Positions 46,048 through 55,669 are shown, counted from the first letter of the stretch. The stretch is 64,000 bases of DNA from Acidobacteriota bacterium (GCA_019244185.1 JAFATB010000026.1:148175-212174), one strand, 5' to 3'. Notes: a model not told the origin generated them from the letters alone. A program made the numbers and translations.

Positions 46048-46768
46048 CTACTTCCCCTGCAGCCGCCGCACCGCCGCCTGCTTGAGCGCCATGTTCGTGC
46101 CGCCGCGCGCGATCGCGCGCACCTCCGATTCCGGCAGCGTCGGCAGGATGCGCAGCGCGAACGCCTGCGGCGTCTTCGGGTTGTGAATGAGCGCCAGGCG
46201 CACGTCGAGACTCGACATCCACTGCGCCGCGTTCATGATGGCCTCGGCGATTTGAAAGGTGAGGAACGACGACTTCGCGGCGCGCACCACTTCGTCGACC
46301 GTGATGCGCGGATTGCGCAGCAGCGACAGCAGCACGCGCGGATCGTTGTCCTGCAGCAGCAGCGCGCGCTCGGAACGATCCGCCTTGACCGCGAGCAGCA
46401 GCTTCTCCATCTGCGAGAGCGCGCGGATGCGATCCCACGCGTTGACGTTCTTGTCCGGCGTTGTTTCCGCCGCTGTCTCCGCCGCCGTTTCCTCGCGCGC
46501 GAGGAGCCGCTCGAGGAGATCGCCGGTGTTGCTCTCGATCGCGAGCGCGATTCCGTCGGGCAGTTCCGCGACGACTCGCGCGCGCGAACGCCTCGCCGCC
46601 CCACGGCCCGCGCAGCGTCACCAGCAGCAGCGCGTGCAGCGGCGCGCGTTCGGCGGTCACGAGGCGCAGCGCGCCCTGCGAGAGGTTCACGCGATGCTCC
46701 TCGCGGACTTCCTCTTCGCTCGCGAACTCCGCGGTGAACGCCGCGTCGGAGACGCGCCGCACGTTCAT
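46048..46768 (-). pseudogene. PilZ-domain / helical-repeat protein interrupted by a frameshift
   Basis: Frame A (from ATG 46766-46768) gives a PilZ-like N-terminus: MNVRRVSDAAFTAEF...RVNLSQGALRLV...LLLVTLRGPWGGEAFARA. Coding continues in a different frame (RVVAELPDGIALAIESNTGDLLERLL...MEKLLLAVKADRSERALLLQDNDPRVLLSLLRNPRITVDEV...) down to the stop at 46048. The switch occurs at the (CG)5 run at 46577-46586. Confidence 0.55.
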
Positions 46769-46791
46769 GCGGCGATTCTACGCGCGCGGCG

Positions 46792-48903
46792 TCACTCGAC
46801 GCGGCGCAGCACGATCAGCGAATGCGACTGCACCTGCACCTCGTCGCCCGCGTTCAACAGGTCGTGCTCGCGCAGGTCGGGCACCGGCTCGTTCGTGTCG
46901 ATGACCTTCTCCCACCGGTCCCCCCACGGGCATGTCGGCAGCTTGAACGGGAGCGCATCGCTGTGCGCGTTGAAGAGGAGATAGAAGCTGTCGTCGACGA
47001 TCGTCTGGCCGCGCTCGTCGGGCGTCGGAATCGCTTCGCCGTTGAGGAACACGCCGACCGTGCGCGCGTAGCCGGCCTGCCAGTCCTCGTCCGTCATCGG
47101 CTCGCCGTCCGGCTTGAACCAGCCGATGTCGCTGACGTCGGTGCCGCGCAGCGGACGTCCGTGGAACCAGCCGCGGCGCTGGAACACGGGATGGTCTTTG
47201 CGGAACTGGATGACGCGCGCGACGAACGCGCGCAGGCCGTCGTCCATGTGCTCCCAGTCGAACCACGAGATCTCGTTGTCCTGGCAGTACGCGTTGTTGT
47301 TCCCGTGCTGCGTGCGCCCGAACTCGTCGCCGCCGAGCATCATCGGCACGCCCTGCGAGAGGAAGAGCGTGGTGAGGAAGTTGCGCTGCTGCCGCGCGCG
47401 CAGCGCGTTCACCGCGGGATCGTCGGTCTCGCCCTCGGCGCCGCAGTTCCACGAGCGGTTGTCGTCGGCGCCGTCGTGGTTGTTCTCGCCGTTCGCCTCG
47501 TTGTGCTTCCCGTTGTACGAGACGAGGTCGCGCAGCGGGAAGCCGTCGTGCGCGGTGATGAAGTTGATGCTCGCCGACGGCGCGCGGCCCGTCGTCGCGT
47601 AGAGATCGGAGCTGCCGGTGAGGCGCGTGGCGAAGTCGTCGAGCGTCTGATCGGTGCCGCGCCAGAAGTCGCGCACGACGTCGCGGTACTTGCCGTTCCA
47701 CTCCGACCACAGCGGCGGGAAGTTGCCGACCTGATAGCCGCCTTCGCCGACGTCCCACGGCTCGGCGATGAGCTTCACCTGCGAGATGAACGGGTCCTGC
47801 TGGATGACGTCGAAGAACGCGGAGAGGCGATCGACGTCGTGCAGCTCGCGCGCGAGCGTCGCCGCGAGATCGAAGCGGAAGCCGTCCACGTGCATCTCGA
47901 GATGCCAGTAGCGCAGCGAGTCCATGATCAGCTGCAGCACGTGCGGGTGCCGCATGTTCAAGCTGTTGCCGGTGCCCGTGTAGTCCATGTAGTAGCGCGG
48001 GTCGTCGGCGACGGTGCGGTAGTACGCGCTGTTGTCGATGCCTTTCATCGAGAGCATCGGCCCGAGGTGATTCCCCTCGGAGGTATGGTTGTAGACGACG
48101 TCGAGGATCACTTCGATGCCCTCGTCGTGCAGCGCCTTCACCATCTGCTTGAACTCCATCACCTGATTCCCGCGCTGGCCGCTCGACGCGTACTCGTTGT
48201 GCGGCGCGAGGAAGGAGATCGAGTCGTAGCCCCAGTAGTTGCGCAGCCCGCGCTCGAGCAGCTGGTTCGCGTGGATGAACTGATGCACGGGCAGCACTTC
48301 GACGGCCGTGACGCCGAGCTGCCTGAGGTAGCGGATCGCGGCGGGATGCGCGAGCCCCGCGTACGAGCCGCGGAGATTTTCCGGGATGCCCGGATGGCGC
48401 ATCGTGAAGCCTTTGACGTGCGTCTCGTAGATGATCGTCTGGTGCCACGGCGTGCAGAGGCGCCGGTCGCCGGACCAGTCGAAGAATGGATTGATGACCA
48501 CGGACCGCGGCATGAACGGCGCGCTGTCGTCCTCGTTCTTCGAGTGTTCGGGATCGTTGAAGTGATACGGGAACACGGCCTCGTTCCACTTCACTTCACC
48601 TTCGACCGCTTTGCCGTACGGATCGAGAAGGAGCTTGGCGGGATTGCAGCGATGTCCGTGCTCCGGCTCCCACGGTCCATGCACGCGATAGCCGTAGCGC
48701 TGGCCGGGACCGGCGTTGGGCAGATAGCCGTGCCAGATGAAGGCGGTGCTCTCCGGCAGATCGACGCGCGTCTCGTTGCCGGCGTCGTCATACAAACAAA
48801 GCTCGACGCGCGTGGCCACTTCGGAGAAGAGGGAGAAGTTGGTGCCGACGCCATCCCACGTGGCGCCGAGGGGATATGGCTTGCCCGGCCAGAGTTTGAT
48901 CAC
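46792..48903 (-). CDS. glgX: glycogen debranching enzyme
   Basis: N-terminal GKPYPLGATWDGVGTNFSLFS, GH13 catalytic motifs (ILDVVYNHT, GFRFDLA, EPWD, FITAHDGF). Confidence 0.9.
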   Translation of the reverse strand: MIKLWPGKPYPLGATWDGVGTNFSLFSEVATRVELCLYDDAGNETRVDLPESTAFIWHGYLPNAGPGQRYGYRVHGPWEPEHGHRCNPAKLLLDPYGKAVEGEVKWNEAVFPYHFNDPEHSKNEDDSAPFMPRSVVINPFFDWSGDRRLCTPWHQTIIYETHVKGFTMRHPGIPENLRGSYAGLAHPAAIRYLRQLGVTAVEVLPVHQFIHANQLLERGLRNYWGYDSISFLAPHNEYASSGQRGNQVMEFKQMVKALHDEGIEVILDVVYNHTSEGNHLGPMLSMKGIDNSAYYRTVADDPRYYMDYTGTGNSLNMRHPHVLQLIMDSLRYWHLEMHVDGFRFDLAATLARELHDVDRLSAFFDVIQQDPFISQVKLIAEPWDVGEGGYQVGNFPPLWSEWNGKYRDVVRDFWRGTDQTLDDFATRLTGSSDLYATTGRAPSASINFITAHDGFPLRDLVSYNGKHNEANGENNHDGADDNRSWNCGAEGETDDPAVNALRARQQRNFLTTLFLSQGVPMMLGGDEFGRTQHGNNNAYCQDNEISWFDWEHMDDGLRAFVARVIQFRKDHPVFQRRGWFHGRPLRGTDVSDIGWFKPDGEPMTDEDWQAGYARTVGVFLNGEAIPTPDERGQTIVDDSFYLLFNAHSDALPFKLPTCPWGDRWEKVIDTNEPVPDLREHDLLNAGDEVQVQSHSLIVLRRVE

Positions 48904-48958
48904 GACGCCGGGACAGCAAGTCCACTGCCATGGATTGCTGACAATTTGGTCTTCGCTG

Positions 48959-49975
48959 ATGGCACGCGCCTCGCTGTTATTCGCGATCGCGATGCGAAAC
49001 AGAAACGCTGCCGAACGCTGCTGCAGTTACGTCGCGATCCTCGAACATGCGGCGGCTTCCGGCAGCGAGCTGCGCGACCTCGCCACCTATCTCTCCACCC
49101 TCGGCGTCGCGAACTGTGACGTGATCATTCTCGACGCGTCGCCGCGTCTGCAGTTCGAGCTGAACGGCCGCATCCTGCGCTGGGTCGGCCGGCACGTCGC
49201 GGTGCGTCCGGAGTTCCGCACGCCGGGCGGCGCGACCGACATCACGCGCGCGGCGGCGGCACTCGCCGCGTGCGAGAAAGTGATCGTCGCGGCGGATGAC
49301 GTGCGCTACACGCCGGAAGCGATCGGGCAGCTCTGCGATCTCCTCGACGCGCACGAAGTGGTCGAGCCGCAGGACTATCTCGAGCCGCTGCCGTGGTGGG
49401 GCGGCATCGACGCGGGGCGCATCCTCGTGCATCGCGGGATCGAGCCGCAGCCGGACCACGGCGCGACGTACGCGTTTCGCCGCAGCACGGTGCGCGCGAT
49501 GCGCGCGCTTGGATCGTCGGAGGTGTACGACGATCAGGTGAGGCGCCTCGCGGCGGTCGGTGCGGAGGTGCACGCGGCGACAGACGTCTTCGTGCGGCGC
49601 CAGCCGGCGCCGCTCGGCGACTGGCTGTCCGCGCGGCCGCGGCTCGCCGGCGACGACTTCGCGCTGCCGATGAAGACCGCGTTCTTCTTCTCGCTGATGC
49701 CGATGCTGCTCCTGCTCGCGGCCGCGGGCGGACTGCGCCTCGCCGGCGGCTACGCGGGCGTGATCGCGATGGCCACGATCGGACTCGCGCTGCGCGGCCG
49801 CGCCGGCGCCGCGGCGTTCTTCCCGCTGCGCGCCGCGCTCTTCGCGCCGCTGTGGGTCTTCGAGCGGAGCGTGAGCGTCTACTGGGCGCTGTACCGGAAG
49901 CTGTGCGGCGTCGAGGCCGATCCGCTGCGCGTGGCGATTCCGGACGCGCGCGAACGCGTGGCGAGCGGGGAGTAG
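48959..49975 (+). CDS. GT-A-like glycosyltransferase with C-terminal TM segments (tentative)
   Basis: VAILEHAAASG...CDVIILDASP...VIVAADDVRY has a DxD-like motif. Hydrophobic C-terminus. Start uncertain (the track ORF begins at 48737, inside glgX). Confidence 0.5.
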   Translation: MARASLLFAIAMRNRNAAERCCSYVAILEHAAASGSELRDLATYLSTLGVANCDVIILDASPRLQFELNGRILRWVGRHVAVRPEFRTPGGATDITRAAAALAACEKVIVAADDVRYTPEAIGQLCDLLDAHEVVEPQDYLEPLPWWGGIDAGRILVHRGIEPQPDHGATYAFRRSTVRAMRALGSSEVYDDQVRRLAAVGAEVHAATDVFVRRQPAPLGDWLSARPRLAGDDFALPMKTAFFFSLMPMLLLLAAAGGLRLAGGYAGVIAMATIGLALRGRAGAAAFFPLRAALFAPLWVFERSVSVYWALYRKLCGVEADPLRVAIPDARERVASGE

Positions 49976-50037
49976 GCGACGGCGATTTCGTGTAGGATGG
50001 CGCCGGTCCGTAAATCCTGATCCCGGAGAGCCCCCCT

Positions 50038-50706
50038 ATGTCCGACTCGCTGCAGTTCGGCCGTGCCGAGTTTGCGCAAGCCGCGCCCGAGCGCGTGGTC
50101 TGCGCCGCCTGCCAGCAACCCGTCATCCAGAGTTACTACGAAATCGCGGGACGCGTTTTCTGCGCGACGTGCCGCGGAGCGTTCGACGCGCCGCGCGAAG
50201 GCTCGGGGCTCGTGCGCTTCGTGCGCGCAACGGTCGCGGGCCTCGGCGCCGCGATCGCCGGCGCCGCGGTGTGGTACGGCGTGCGCGTCCTCGTCGAGCT
50301 CGAGCTCGCGCTGATCGCCATCGGCATCGCCGTCGCCGTCGGCAAGGCCGTGCGATGGGGCTCGCGCGGCGTCGGCGGTCCGCTGTATCAGCTGCTCGCC
50401 GTCGCGCTCACGTACACCGGCATCGCCTTCAACTATCTCCCCGACCTGCTCAAAACCTTCCTCGGCGCGACGACGACCAACGCGCCGCGCGTGCTGCTCG
50501 TGCCGATCGCGATCGCCTACTCGTACGCGCTTCCGTTCCTCATGGGGCCGGAGAACTTTCTCGGCTGGATCATCATCGCCATCGGTCTGTGGCAGGCGTG
50601 GAAGAGCAACGCGCGCGTGAAGCTGACCATCAACGGCCCGTACTCGGTCGCGCCTTCTGCGCCGATGCTCGTTCCCGCGTTGGATCAAGTCCCGGCGAAT
50701 GTCTGA
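50038..50706 (+). CDS. zinc-ribbon plus multi-TM hypothetical membrane protein
   Basis: CAACQQPV...CATC N-terminus followed by about five hydrophobic helices. Confidence 0.6.
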   Translation: MSDSLQFGRAEFAQAAPERVVCAACQQPVIQSYYEIAGRVFCATCRGAFDAPREGSGLVRFVRATVAGLGAAIAGAAVWYGVRVLVELELALIAIGIAVAVGKAVRWGSRGVGGPLYQLLAVALTYTGIAFNYLPDLLKTFLGATTTNAPRVLLVPIAIAYSYALPFLMGPENFLGWIIIAIGLWQAWKSNARVKLTINGPYSVAPSAPMLVPALDQVPANV

Positions 50707-51754
50707 GCTCGCGCTCGCGATCGCACCCTCGCCGCAGCCACCGATGCCGTCGCGCTGCGACGCGTGCGCGACCGAGCTCGCGCCGGCGCTGCTCGTCTGT
50801 CCGTCGTGTCACGCGCTCGTGCATCGCGCGCGGCTCGAAGAGCTCGCGCGCGAGGCCGGTGACGCGGCGGCGGTGAAGGAGTTCACGCGCGCGGGCGCAT
50901 TGTGGCGCAGCGCGCTGGCGCTGCTGCCGGAAGGCTCGACGCAGGCGAGCATCGTCGCGCAACGCGTCGACGCGATGAACGCGGCAGCGTCGGGCAAGAC
51001 GCTCGAGGAGATGCGGCAGGGTCCGCCCGCGGGAAGCATCTGGGCGAAGATCCTCGGACCCTTCGGCGCGGCGGGGCTGCTCGTCTGGAAGCTGAAGTTC
51101 CTCATCGTCGCGCTGCTGACGAAAGGGAAGCTGCTGCTGCTCGGCCTCACGAAGCTCTCCACGATCGCGTCGATGTTCGTCTCGTTCGGCGTGTACTGGC
51201 GCGCGTGGGGCTGGCAGTTCGCGGCGGTGATCATCCTCGCCATCTACATCCACGAGATGGGACACGTCGCCGAGCTGCGGCGTCGCGGACTGCCGGCGAG
51301 CGCGCCGATGTTCGTCCCCGCGTTCGGCGCGTTCGTGCGCATGCACGAGCATCCGACCTCGCCGCGTGAAGACGCGCGCGTCGGCCTCGCGGGACCGCTG
51401 TGGGGACTCGGCGCGGCCGTCGCGACGCTCGTCGTCGCGCTCATCACGAAATCGGCATTCTGGTTCGCGGCGACGCATCTCACGGCCGTCATCAACCTCT
51501 TCAATCTGACGCCGGTGTGGCAGCTCGACGGCAGCCGCGGCGTACATCCGCTCTCGCGTCTGCAGCGCGTGCTGCTCGTCGGAGTGATCGCGGCGGCGTG
51601 GGGCTTCTCACGCGAGAAGATGCTCGTGCTCGTGGCGCTCGTGCTGATCTGGCGTGCGGCGGAGAAGCAGAGCGCGACCGCGCACGACTGGCCGGTGTTC
51701 ACCCGCTACGCGATGCTGATCGTCGCGTTCGCGGCGCTCGCGCTGGCGCATTGA
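50699..51754 (+). CDS. M50 (site-2 protease family) membrane metalloprotease with N-terminal zinc ribbon
   Basis: HEMGH zinc motif within a TM helix, NLTPVWQLDG second motif, N-terminal CDAC...CPSC. 8-nt overlap with the upstream gene. Confidence 0.8.
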   Translation: MSELALAIAPSPQPPMPSRCDACATELAPALLVCPSCHALVHRARLEELAREAGDAAAVKEFTRAGALWRSALALLPEGSTQASIVAQRVDAMNAAASGKTLEEMRQGPPAGSIWAKILGPFGAAGLLVWKLKFLIVALLTKGKLLLLGLTKLSTIASMFVSFGVYWRAWGWQFAAVIILAIYIHEMGHVAELRRRGLPASAPMFVPAFGAFVRMHEHPTSPREDARVGLAGPLWGLGAAVATLVVALITKSAFWFAATHLTAVINLFNLTPVWQLDGSRGVHPLSRLQRVLLVGVIAAAWGFSREKMLVLVALVLIWRAAEKQSATAHDWPVFTRYAMLIVAFAALALAH

Positions 51755-51776
51755 GATTCCGCGCGCGCGCCGCGGG

Positions 51777-52121
51777 TCAGGCCTTCTGGAACGCCTTCAT
51801 CGCCTCGTCCTCGCTGTCGTAGACCGTGAACATCGGCAGGAGGTTGGTGAGGCGGAGCGTCTTCGTCACGCGGTCCTGCGGCTTGAGCAGGCGCAACGAC
51901 GCGCCGGTGCGTTGCGACTCGCGGTAGGCCTGCACGAGCTCGCCGAGGCCGTTGCTGTCGATGTAATCCATCTCCGAGAGGTTGAGGAGGATCTTGCGTC
52001 CGCCCTCGGAGAGGATCTCGTGAATGACTCGCGGAAGAATGGTCTCGCTGACGCCGATGGCCATCCTTCCCTTGAAATCGACGACGGTCACGTCGCCCTG
52101 TTTGCGCACCGCGATATCCAT
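51777..52121 (-). CDS. STAS-domain anti-sigma-factor antagonist (SpoIIAA-like)
   Basis: KILLNLSEMDYIDSNGLGELV contains the conserved phosphorylatable-Ser context. Confidence 0.85.
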   Translation of the reverse strand: MDIAVRKQGDVTVVDFKGRMAIGVSETILPRVIHEILSEGGRKILLNLSEMDYIDSNGLGELVQAYRESQRTGASLRLLKPQDRVTKTLRLTNLLPMFTVYDSEDEAMKAFQKA

Positions 52122-52215
52122 GCGACGCGGATGATAGTCGACTTCGCCGCCGCTTCACATCCCGCGCGTGTGCCGACATCGATTGGCGCGACGTGGCCGT
52201 CCTCGCCGGCCCGGC

Positions 52216-52245
52216 ATTCGTCACGCGCGACGGCGGATTCGTCAC
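52216..52245 (+). promoter_or_regulatory. direct repeat ATTCGTCAC-N12-ATTCGTCAC (LytTR-box-like geometry)
   Basis: Perfect 9-mers at 52216-52224 and 52237-52245 with a 12-nt spacer. They sit in the divergent intergenic region between the STAS gene (start 52121) and the LytS-type kinase gene (start 52325). Confidence 0.4.
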
Positions 52246-52324
52246 ACGTTTCGGTGAACTCGTCCCATCGCCTTACCGCGGCGAAGGCCTCGGCCCTACA
52301 CTTCGATGTTCCTTCTTTCGGCAG

Positions 52325-53464
52325 ATGGAGAATCCAACCGTCGCCTCGCACGATTCGCGTCTCTCCAGAAGGGTGCGCTGGTTCGGTCAGGTGCTCGCCG
52401 GCTGCGCCCTGGTCGGCCTCTTCCGCGCCAGTCACGAGTGGATGTTCAGCGCGTTTTCCGACGCGCACATCCCGCTGCAGCAGCTCGTGGTGCCGTATCT
52501 CCTCATCAGCGTCTCGTGGGCGGTCCTGACCGCGGTCGTCTTCGGCGTCGTCTACCGCATTCCGATGGGCCGGCTCGACTCGTGGCGGACGCTCCTCACG
52601 ATCTTCGTGCCGATGATCGTCATGGTCGCCGCCACCGCCGTCGTCGGCGAGCATCTCTCGTATCAGATCTCGCAGTCGACGCGCGCCGCGCTCACGAGCC
52701 GCTTCTTCATGCACGAGTTTCATCCCGCGCTCTTCGACGCCTTCATCATCCTCGGCATCGCCTGCGCGATCCGCATCCGCGACGACGCGGCCGAGCGCGC
52801 GCTGCGCACCGAGCGGCTCGAGTCGCAGCTGGGCCAGGCGCAGATCCGCGCGCTGCGCTCGCAGCTGCAGCCGCACTTCCTCTTCAACGCCCTGCACTCG
52901 ATCTCCGCGGTCGTCTACGACGCGCCGGAAAAAGCGGAGGTGATGATCGCGCGCCTCGCCGACCTGCTGCGCATGTCGATCGACTCCGCGCACGACCAGT
53001 TCGTGCCGCTGCGCAGCGAGATCGCCTTCGTCAGCCGCTATCTCGACGTACAGCAGGCGCGCTTCGGCGAGCAGCTGCGCGTCTGCTGGAACCTCGACGT
53101 CACGACGCTCGGCCTGCCGGTGCCGAACTTCATCCTGCAGCCGCTGCTCGAGAACTGCTTCAAGCACGGCATCGGGCAGTCGCCCGGCCCGTACACGATC
53201 CGCCTCGTCACCGCGCTCGAAGACGCGTCGCTCGTCCTGCGCATCGAAGAAGAGCACGGCGCCGGCGGCGCCTTGCCGGCCGGACCGGTCGGCGACGGCG
53301 TCGGCCTCGCGAATCTCCGCGCGCGGCTGCACGCGCTCTACGGCGGCAGCGCGTCGCTCGACGTGCGCATCCGCCACGAGAACGGCGGGGGTAGCGTCGC
53401 CATCGTGCGTCTGCCGCCCGGCGCGCTCGCCGTCGCGGACGATCCGCACAGCAGCGCCGCGTGA
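52325..53464 (+). CDS. LytS/YehU-type sensor histidine kinase (second copy)
   Basis: Multi-TM N-terminus, LQPHFLFNALHSISAVV H box and an HATPase region (LQPLLENCFKHG). Start at MENPTVASH (ATG 52325). Confidence 0.8.
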   Translation: MENPTVASHDSRLSRRVRWFGQVLAGCALVGLFRASHEWMFSAFSDAHIPLQQLVVPYLLISVSWAVLTAVVFGVVYRIPMGRLDSWRTLLTIFVPMIVMVAATAVVGEHLSYQISQSTRAALTSRFFMHEFHPALFDAFIILGIACAIRIRDDAAERALRTERLESQLGQAQIRALRSQLQPHFLFNALHSISAVVYDAPEKAEVMIARLADLLRMSIDSAHDQFVPLRSEIAFVSRYLDVQQARFGEQLRVCWNLDVTTLGLPVPNFILQPLLENCFKHGIGQSPGPYTIRLVTALEDASLVLRIEEEHGAGGALPAGPVGDGVGLANLRARLHALYGGSASLDVRIRHENGGGSVAIVRLPPGALAVADDPHSSAA

Positions 53465-53477
53465 TGCGGGGCGCGCG

Positions 53478-54254
53478 TCAGACGCCGATAATCGCGCGCT
53501 CGAGACGCGCGCGATACGTGGCCGACAACCGCAGCTGCTTGCCGTCGCGCAGCACGACGATGAGGTCGCGATGAAACGCGCTGTGCAGCGCCGCGATGCG
53601 GTCGACGTTGACGATCGTCGAGCGGTGGATGCGGATGAACGACGCGGGATCGACGCTCTGCTCGAACTCGGCGATGGTGACGCGGTGCAGATGCGACTCA
53701 CGGCCACAGTGCAGCCGCACGTAGTTGCCTTCCGCGCTGATGTAGTCGACGTCCTGCATCCGCAGCACGATCGAACGCTTCCCCGAGCGCACCGCCAGAC
53801 GGTCGATGTGCTTCAGCGTCTCCTCGGCGGCGCTCTCTTCCTGCGCGGCGGACGCCCGCGCGTAACGGCGACGGCGCACGCGATCGAGCGCGCGCGCGAA
53901 ACGCTCGCGGTCGAACGGCTTGAGCAGATAGTCGGTCGCGCGCGTATCGAAGGCGCGCACCGCGTAGTCGGCGAACGCGGTGACGAAGATGATCTCCGGC
54001 TCGTAGTCGCCGTGCGTGGCGAGCTCGCCGACGATGTCGAAGCCGCTCAGCTGCGGCATCTCGACGTCCATGAAGATGAGGTCGGGCCGGCTCTCGCTCA
54101 GCTCGTCCGCGACATGCGCGCCGCCCGGATACTCGTCGACGACGGTGATGTCGCTCTCGTGCAGGAGCAGGTCGCGGATCCGCTTGCGCGAAAACGGCTC
54201 GTCGTCCACCACGGCCGCGCGGATCAACGCGCCCTCGCCCGTCAGCGTCTGCAT
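53478..54254 (-). CDS. LytTR-family response regulator (second copy)
   Basis: Receiver domain (AAVVDDEPFSRKRI...MDVEMPQLSG...KPF) plus LytTR domain (YISAEGNYVRLHCGRESHLHRVTIAEFEQSVDPASFIRIHRSTIVN). Confidence 0.9.
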   Translation of the reverse strand: MQTLTGEGALIRAAVVDDEPFSRKRIRDLLLHESDITVVDEYPGGAHVADELSESRPDLIFMDVEMPQLSGFDIVGELATHGDYEPEIIFVTAFADYAVRAFDTRATDYLLKPFDRERFARALDRVRRRRYARASAAQEESAAEETLKHIDRLAVRSGKRSIVLRMQDVDYISAEGNYVRLHCGRESHLHRVTIAEFEQSVDPASFIRIHRSTIVNVDRIAALHSAFHRDLIVVLRDGKQLRLSATYRARLERAIIGV

Positions 54255-54430
54255 CGTTTAAGTTCCCGCGAAGCCGTCATTCTGGCTGCAAAATAAGTAG
54301 GGGATGTGAGCTTTTGGTGACGAACCAGACTCGGCGGCATGCCCAGTGATACGGGCCGCCCGCGGCGATCATCCACCCGCCGCTCCGCCGTCTGCGCCTA
54401 TGATCCACGCGCCGCTTCGGCCGCGCATCC

Positions 54431-55138
54431 ATGAACCTCCTCCTCCTCTTCGACGACGACTTCGTGGACGCGCATCGCGTGCGGCTGACGGGACGCCGGC
54501 GCGAGCACGTGATGCATGTGCACCGCGCGGGGGTCGGGGACGCGCTCGTGGTTGGGCGCGCGGGCGGGCGGGTGGGGGAGGGGACGATCGTGCGGCTCGA
54601 CGACGACGCGCTGGAGCTCGACGTCGTGCTCGATCGCGAGCCGCCGCCGGCGCTGCCGCTCACGTTGGTACTCGCGCTGCCGCGGCCGAAGGTGCTGAAC
54701 CGCGTCCTCGCGGGCGCGACGTCGATGGGGGTCAAGCGCATCGTGCTCGTCAACGCGTGGCGCGTCGAGAAGAGCTACTGGAAGTCGCCGCGGATGTCGG
54801 TGGAGAACCTCCTCCTGCAGCGCGTGCTCGGGCTCGAGCAGGCGCGCGACACGATCCTGCCCTCGATCGACGTGCAGCGCTTCTTCCGTCCGTTCGTCGA
54901 GCGCGAGCTGCCGGAGCTCGCGCGCGGCTCGCTCGCGGTCGTCGCGCATCCCGGCGCGCGCGACGAATGTCCGCGTAACGTCGGGCAGCCGGTGACGCTC
55001 GTCATCGGTCCCGAAGGCGGGTTCATCGACGAGGAGATCGCGTCGCTGGAGAAGGCCGGCTTCGCGCCGGTGAGTCTCGGCGAACGCGTGCTGCGCGTCG
55101 AGACGGCGGTCGCCGCGCTCCTCGGAAGACTCTTCTGA
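54431..55138 (+). CDS. rsmE: 16S rRNA (uracil1498-N3)-methyltransferase
   Basis: PUA-like N-terminus (HRVRLTGRRREHVMHVHR) and a SPOUT C-terminus (VIGPEGGFIDEEI...LGERVLRVETA). Confidence 0.85.
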   Translation: MNLLLLFDDDFVDAHRVRLTGRRREHVMHVHRAGVGDALVVGRAGGRVGEGTIVRLDDDALELDVVLDREPPPALPLTLVLALPRPKVLNRVLAGATSMGVKRIVLVNAWRVEKSYWKSPRMSVENLLLQRVLGLEQARDTILPSIDVQRFFRPFVERELPELARGSLAVVAHPGARDECPRNVGQPVTLVIGPEGGFIDEEIASLEKAGFAPVSLGERVLRVETAVAALLGRLF

Positions 55139-55165
55139 GGTGCGGTGTTACCATGCGCCGTTCCC

Positions 55166-55669
55166 ATGCAGCGCAATCAGGTCCTCTTCCTCGTCAAATT
55201 CTTTCTGATCCTCGTCGCGGCGTACCTGCTCATCGCCTGGACGCCGGTCAACGACCGCGTGATCGTGCCGTTCACGCACGGCGTGGCCGCGGCGTCGGGC
55301 GCGCTGCTCAACGGCATCGGCCAGCACGTCGCCGTCGACGGCACGGTCATCCGCTCGCCGCGCTTCGGCGTGAACATCAACAACGGCTGCAACGGCGTCG
55401 AGGCGATGCTGATCCTGCTCGCGTCGATCGTGGCCTTCCCCGCGTCGCCGAAGCAGCGCGCGATCGGGCTGTTGCTCGGCGCGATCGCCGTGCAGGCGCT
55501 CAACGCGATCCGCATCGTGACGCTCTATCTCCTCGGCGCGTATCAGCCGCGCCTCTTCGACATCTTCCACACCGCCGTCTGGCAGATCGCGATCATCCTC
55601 GCGGCCATCGGATTCTTCCTCGCATGGAGTGCACGGGTTGCCCCGACTCGACTGGCGAACCGCGCTTAA
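55166..55669 (+). CDS. short exosortase-family transpeptidase (XrtH-like)
   Basis: About 170 aa, multi-TM, with candidate catalytic Cys (NNGCNGVEAML), Asn/Arg (LNAIRIV) and His (IFHTAVWQ) in exosortase order. An alternative GTG start lies at 55145. Confidence 0.7.
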   Translation: MQRNQVLFLVKFFLILVAAYLLIAWTPVNDRVIVPFTHGVAAASGALLNGIGQHVAVDGTVIRSPRFGVNINNGCNGVEAMLILLASIVAFPASPKQRAIGLLLGAIAVQALNAIRIVTLYLLGAYQPRLFDIFHTAVWQIAIILAAIGFFLAWSARVAPTRLANRA

